A DNA stretch of 44,303 nt from a virus: the IMG/VR virus record IMGVR_UViG_3300045988_039959, positions 1-44,303 of that record. One strand, given 5' to 3'. Position numbers and translations under genes: made by a program. Within the stretch, counting starts at the first letter, position 1, and each line of letters starts with the position of its first letter. A model generated the notes under the pieces. That model was given only the letters and a program-made list of their open reading frames with translations. It did no database searches and was not told where the DNA came from. Of this stretch, positions 41,045 to 44,303 are shown one piece after another.

Positions 41045-41442
41045 CTGGTATTTGACACGGCGATAAGAAAAAATCTGCCTGCGGTTGTTTCACAGACAGA
41101 CTTTTCACCGATTTGTCACCAGAACGCACTTGCACCCCGGCGGTAATGCAAACATGCGCGTTTGCACGTCTTTTTCGCCATGCGCGGCGTAAAAGTAACG
41201 CCGGAGCTGCAAAAACAACTTGCAGGGCTATGGGTACGCCGCTTCCTTTGGCGGGTCGGCACCGCCTTGTAAGCCCTAGCGCTTCACGCACTTGCTCGTG
41301 TCTGGAACTGGCTGGCTCAAAAGTTTGGTCATCGAAATCACCTTCCTTTTGAATCAGTTTAACTAGGAGCCGTGAACAGTATAGCAAATCGGTGCGCCGT
41401 TGTCAATTTTGTTTCAACTTGCGTTTTAAAGGAGGTGTGAAA

Positions 41443-41646
41443 GTGCCTGAAAAATGGACAGGCCGTTTAGTAGGCCGGATGCACAACAACCAGATTACAG
41501 TAGACGACGTAGCAAAGCATCTTGGTTTTTCGAGAAGCTACTGTTCACTAATTTTGAACAGCAAGCGCAACCCTCCCGGCATTCGGGAAAAGATGGAAAC
41601 TGCCGTCAGCGAGATCATCAAGGAAAAGGAGGACAAAACGGCATGA
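41443..41646 (+). CDS. Cro-like small HTH protein
   Basis: GTG 41443 after AAGGAGG. HTH reads ITVDDVAKHLGFSRSYCSLILNSKR. Confidence 0.6.
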   Translation: MPEKWTGRLVGRMHNNQITVDDVAKHLGFSRSYCSLILNSKRNPPGIREKMETAVSEIIKEKEDKTA

Positions 41647-42467
41647 GCGAATTAAACAATCTCATCCCCGTTAGCTACGAAAACCCGGAGCGCCCCACGG
41701 TGAGTGGCCGGGAGCTGCACGAGTTTTTGCAGGTCAAGACGGCCTATAAGGACTGGTTTCCCCGCATGGTGGAGTACGGCTTCACCGAGGGTGAGGATTT
41801 CAACCCGCTCAAAATTGAGCGGGTTCAGGACGAGGGCGGACGCAAAGTCAGCCGAACACTCGATGACCACCAGCTCACCATCCCGATGGCGAAGGAGCTG
41901 TGCATGATCCAGCGCAATGAGCGTGGCAAGCAGGCACGGCAATATTTTCTGGCCATCGAAGCCCAGTGGAACAGCCCGGAAGCGGTCATGCGCCGGGCGG
42001 TGCTTATCGCCCAGAAGCAGAACGACCAGCTCAAGGCCGCCAACCGTCAGCTTCTGGCAGAGAACAACGACCTGAAGCCGGATGCAGAGTATGCCCGGGC
42101 GGTGTGCGTGGGCAAGAACTGCCGCACCACTACCAGCCTTGCCAAGGATTACGGCCTGAGCGCCGAGAAACTCAACAGCATCCTCCACGGCCTGAAGATC
42201 CAGTACAAGACCAGCGACGGCCAGTGGGTGCTATACGCCAAGTATTGCGGCAAGGGCTACACCAAAAACCGCAAATCCACTCCGTTCCAGCACAAGAGCA
42301 CCGGCGAGTGGGACACCAAGAACACCACCGTATGGACGGAAGCGGGTCAGCGGTTCATTTATGAGCAGCTCAAGGTCGTGGGAATGCTGCCCAGCGTGGA
42401 GCGCAGGCAGAGCGTGGAGCAGATGGAACTTGCCGCCCGGCAGCATAACCAGGACGGGGTGGCGTAA
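41643..42467 (+). CDS. Antirepressor (AntA N-terminal domain plus KilAC-like C-terminal domain)
   Basis: ATGA overlap upstream. PTVSGRELHEFLQVKTAYKDWFPRMVEYGFTEGEDF is an AntA signature. C-terminus reads TSLAKDYGLSAEKLNSILHGLKIQYK. Confidence 0.8.
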   Translation: MSELNNLIPVSYENPERPTVSGRELHEFLQVKTAYKDWFPRMVEYGFTEGEDFNPLKIERVQDEGGRKVSRTLDDHQLTIPMAKELCMIQRNERGKQARQYFLAIEAQWNSPEAVMRRAVLIAQKQNDQLKAANRQLLAENNDLKPDAEYARAVCVGKNCRTTTSLAKDYGLSAEKLNSILHGLKIQYKTSDGQWVLYAKYCGKGYTKNRKSTPFQHKSTGEWDTKNTTVWTEAGQRFIYEQLKVVGMLPSVERRQSVEQMELAARQHNQDGVA

Positions 42468-42490
42468 GGATAATTTTGGAGGTTATCATT

Positions 42491-43123
42491 ATGAAAAAAC
42501 TGCATGTGAAAGCTACGTTTATTGAGCCGGTGCTGGGCACATGGCCCGCAAACCCCAATGTTGCCCGCGAGTTTATCGCCAGCAAGTCGCCGGATGCTGC
42601 AACCATCGAGGATGAAGTGGCGGCTCTTGGCCCTGATGCGGTAGCCGACAAGGGCATGACCGTTTTCCCGCGTGACCCGGACGGCAATCCGATTTTTTAC
42701 GATTACCAAATCAAAGGCATGTTTAAGGATGCTTGCGGTATGCTTTCCCGCATCGGCGGCAAGACCGAGACTGGCAAGAAGAAGGCCGTGAACGAAAGCG
42801 GCAAGCTGACTGCTTACAAGAAGGTCATTGACGGTCTGATCTTCGTTCAGCCCCGCATGATTCTCATTCACGTGAACGGTGAGATTACCGACTGCCAGCG
42901 TCCGCTGCGCGCTCAGACCGCACAGGGCGAGCGCGTGAGCCTTGCCAATAGTGAGGAGATCCCGGCGGGCAGCACCTGCGAGTTTGACGTGACCCTCCTT
43001 GACGACAGCCACGAAAAGGTTGTGCGTGAGTGGCTGGATTATGGCATTCTGCGCGGCATCGGCCAGTGGCGCAACAGCGGAAAGGGCCGCTTTACCTACA
43101 TCGCCTATGAGGTGAAGGCCTGA
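42491..43123 (+). CDS. Hypothetical early protein (210 aa) with a C-terminal glycine-rich loop
   Basis: GGAGG 8 nt upstream of the ATG. C-terminus reads YGILRGIGQWRNSGKGRFTY. Confidence 0.6.
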   Translation: MKKLHVKATFIEPVLGTWPANPNVAREFIASKSPDAATIEDEVAALGPDAVADKGMTVFPRDPDGNPIFYDYQIKGMFKDACGMLSRIGGKTETGKKKAVNESGKLTAYKKVIDGLIFVQPRMILIHVNGEITDCQRPLRAQTAQGERVSLANSEEIPAGSTCEFDVTLLDDSHEKVVREWLDYGILRGIGQWRNSGKGRFTYIAYEVKA

Positions 43124-43133
43124 GAGCAAGGGC

Positions 43134-43514
43134 ATGGCATTGACGGCCCTGATTCGCGGAGGCGGTGCAGCTCGAGGCGTGGCAATGGCAAGGCTGAGTT
43201 CGATTGGCCGTGCGATGCTTGGCAAAGGCAAGGCACGGCGGTGCAAAGCAAAGGCTATGAGGTGAACTGCTGTGCAGTGGCACTGAGAAGCACGGACAGG
43301 CAAGACAAAGGAATGGCAGAGAAAAGCGCTGATGTGATTTGCGAAGGAAAAGTGGTGCACCGTAACGATTCGCTGCGGCAAGGCTTTGCTTCGGATGCAT
43401 TGGCATGGCAGAGAGAAGAAATGCCGTGATTTGCGCAGCAATGGCATAGCAAAGAGGGGCCAGGCGCAGCGATGGCACAGCAAAGAAAAGACATTTTATT
43501 AAACATTTTATTAA
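43134..43514 (+). repeat. Non-coding region with 10 same-strand TGGCA motifs, a 23-nt imperfect direct repeat and a 12-bp AT-rich tandem
   Basis: TGGCA at 43135, 43180, 43186, 43220, 43278, 43314, 43401, 43406, 43442 and 43473. gcgcagcRatggcaYagcaaaga at 43433..43455 and 43464..43486. acattttattaa x2 at 43491..43514. Confidence 0.85.
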
Positions 43515-43528
43515 AAGGAGAAACGAGC

Positions 43529-43771
43529 ATGAAAAAAATTATTGTTGGTGTAGCGTCCGTATTGGCAAGCGCTTTGCTGATGGCCGGATGCAATAAGCAG
43601 GTTATTGACCTGACCTATGAATACAACTGGGCGCAGATGAAAATGCCAGACGGAACGATTGTCGAGGGCAATGTCGAAAGCTGGTGCGACTATGAAGGCG
43701 ACCAGCTTCAGGTTGTGATTGACGGTGTGACCTATCTGGTTCATTCGTCCAACATTGTTATGCGTCATTGA
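43529..43771 (+). CDS. Small lipoprotein (80 aa)
   Basis: AAAAGGAG then ATG 43529. Signal peptide with lipobox LLMAG-C. Confidence 0.7.
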   Translation: MKKIIVGVASVLASALLMAGCNKQVIDLTYEYNWAQMKMPDGTIVEGNVESWCDYEGDQLQVVIDGVTYLVHSSNIVMRH

Positions 43772-43787
43772 TGCAAGGAGGACACCC

Positions 43788-44303
43788 ATGAGTGAGAAGA
43801 TCATCGCCTACAAGGCCATGAACAAAAATATGAAGTGCCGTGACAAGCAGTACGAAGTGGGTAAGACCTACACCGAAGAAAAAGCCGACTGCTGCACCGC
43901 CGGAATGCACGCCTGCGAGAACCCGCTGGATGTGCTGCACTACTACCCGTTGAAGGATGGCCCGCGCTTTTTTGAGGTCGAGTGCGGCGGGAACGTGGAT
44001 AAAAGCGAAGAGGACAGTAAACTGGCCTGCACTGAGCTGACGGTGAAAGGTGAGGTGAATTTTGCAGGGCTGGTAAAAGCTACGGTGAATGCCGTTTTTA
44101 ATCGGGTGAAGGGCAAAGAACCTTTTTCGAGCGGCCGTTACAGCACGGCGGGTTCGAGCGGCGATTACAGCACGGCGGGTTCCAGCGGCTATTCCAGCAC
44201 GGCGGGTTCGAGCGGCGATTACAGCACGGCGGGTTCCAGCGGCTATTCCAGCACGGCGGGTTCCAGCGGCTATTCCAGCACGGCGGGTTCGAGCGGCGAT
44301 TAC
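43788..44303 (+). CDS. Repeat-containing protein, N-terminal part (Cys-containing globular domain, DUF7666-like, then STAGSSG(Y/D) repeats); continues at 3..392
   Basis: AAGGAGG then ATG 43788. Open to the window end. In frame with 3..392 through the 41-nt overlap. Confidence 0.7.
   Translation, partial: MSEKIIAYKAMNKNMKCRDKQYEVGKTYTEEKADCCTAGMHACENPLDVLHYYPLKDGPRFFEVECGGNVDKSEEDSKLACTELTVKGEVNFAGLVKATVNAVFNRVKGKEPFSSGRYSTAGSSGDYSTAGSSGYSSTAGSSGDYSTAGSSGYSSTAGSSGYSSTAGSSGDY
44127..44303 (+). repeat. 27-bp in-frame tandem repeats (6 full units)
   Basis: Units start at 44142, 44169, 44196, 44223, 44250 and 44277. Same two variants as at 1..158. Confidence 0.9.

Larger units (their letters stand above)
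1..44303. mobile_element. Complete temperate phage genome (siphovirus-like), circularly closed contig carrying attP and integrase
   Basis: Full set of replication, packaging, head, tail, lysis and lysogeny modules. First 41 nt are identical to last 41 nt, and a gene is in frame across the junction only if these overlap. Confidence 0.8.

Noticed and set aside
41147-41175. Intrinsic terminator inside the early leader (tgcaaac-atgcgc-gtttgca ... ttttt).
   Set aside because: The T run is separated from the stem by 4 nt (cgtc) and the stem has only 7 bp. It is reported as a hairpin, not as a terminator.
40995-41387. 130-aa minus-strand ORF, and 41113..41352 plus-strand ORF, in the repressor-cro intergenic region.
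   Set aside because: Both are Arg/Ala-rich with no convincing RBS. The minus ORF lies upstream of the minus-strand promoter. The region is treated as untranslated leader.
43220-43250. Sigma-54 type promoter suggested by TGGCA / GGCAC...TGCA motifs.
   Set aside because: The best candidate (GGcacggcggtGC) has GG-N9-GC spacing rather than the required N10, and it lacks the TTGC element. The other TGGCA copies have no -12 element at all.
44127-44303. Possible CRISPR array. Candidates were the 27-bp tandem repeats here and at 1..158, and also the 11-bp repeats at 33066..33120.
   Set aside because: The repeats are directly abutting with no spacers. The 27-mers are in frame inside a coding sequence, and there are no cas genes.

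Overview
The window is essentially one complete temperate siphovirus-type phage genome, and the contig closes on itself. The first 41 nt equal the last 41 nt, and one repeat-containing gene (43788..44303 plus 3..392) reads in frame across that junction only if the 41 nt are treated as overlap. That gives a circle of about 44.26 kb with an intact attP.

By eye the GC content is high (upper 50s %), with several visibly AT-richer patches. Gene content suggests a Firmicutes/Clostridia host: GH25 endolysin, LL-H-type holin, XkdX-like genes, DnaD-like replisome organizer, Ltp exclusion protein and an SPP1-like head module. This host call is inference only.

Module order on the + strand:
- Early/replication (507..9401): DUF1351-like, RecT, SSB, DnaD-like organizer with internal ori-like repeats, G39P-like loader, two orphan DNA methyltransferases, ASCH, RusA and a sigma-r4-like late regulator.
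- tRNA island (9588..10650): two canonical tRNAs (Trp-CCA, Met/Ile2-CAT) and three aberrant tRNA-like elements.
- Packaging and head (10722..19423): TerS, TerL, portal, MuF-like protein, scaffold and capsid. This block is interrupted by a self-contained XRE/antirepressor cassette (14966..16793) and by a tRNA-Thr.
- Neck and tail (19444..28133): includes a G/GT -1 frameshift chaperone, a 926-aa tape measure, Dit, Tal and a fibre.
- Lysis cassette (28428..29840), followed unusually by a second, collagen-like fibre module.
- Accessory region (32.7..36.5 kb): a promoter-to-terminator non-coding unit, a 5 x 11-bp repeat array and two operons of uncharacterised low-complexity proteins.
- attP (3' fragment of a tRNA-Thr(UGU)) with a tyrosine integrase.
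- Lysogeny/immunity region on mixed strands (36.7..41.6 kb): Ltp and apparently face-to-face promoters.
- Early operon: Cro-like protein, AntA antirepressor, and a 400-nt non-coding stretch packed with unidirectional TGGCA motifs.

No CRISPR array, reverse transcriptase, transposase or recognisable classical defence system was seen. The most unusual items are the aberrant tRNA-like elements, the accessory operons next to attP, and the repeat-rich non-coding regions. All functional calls rest on motif recognition from the translated ORFs. No database search was possible.
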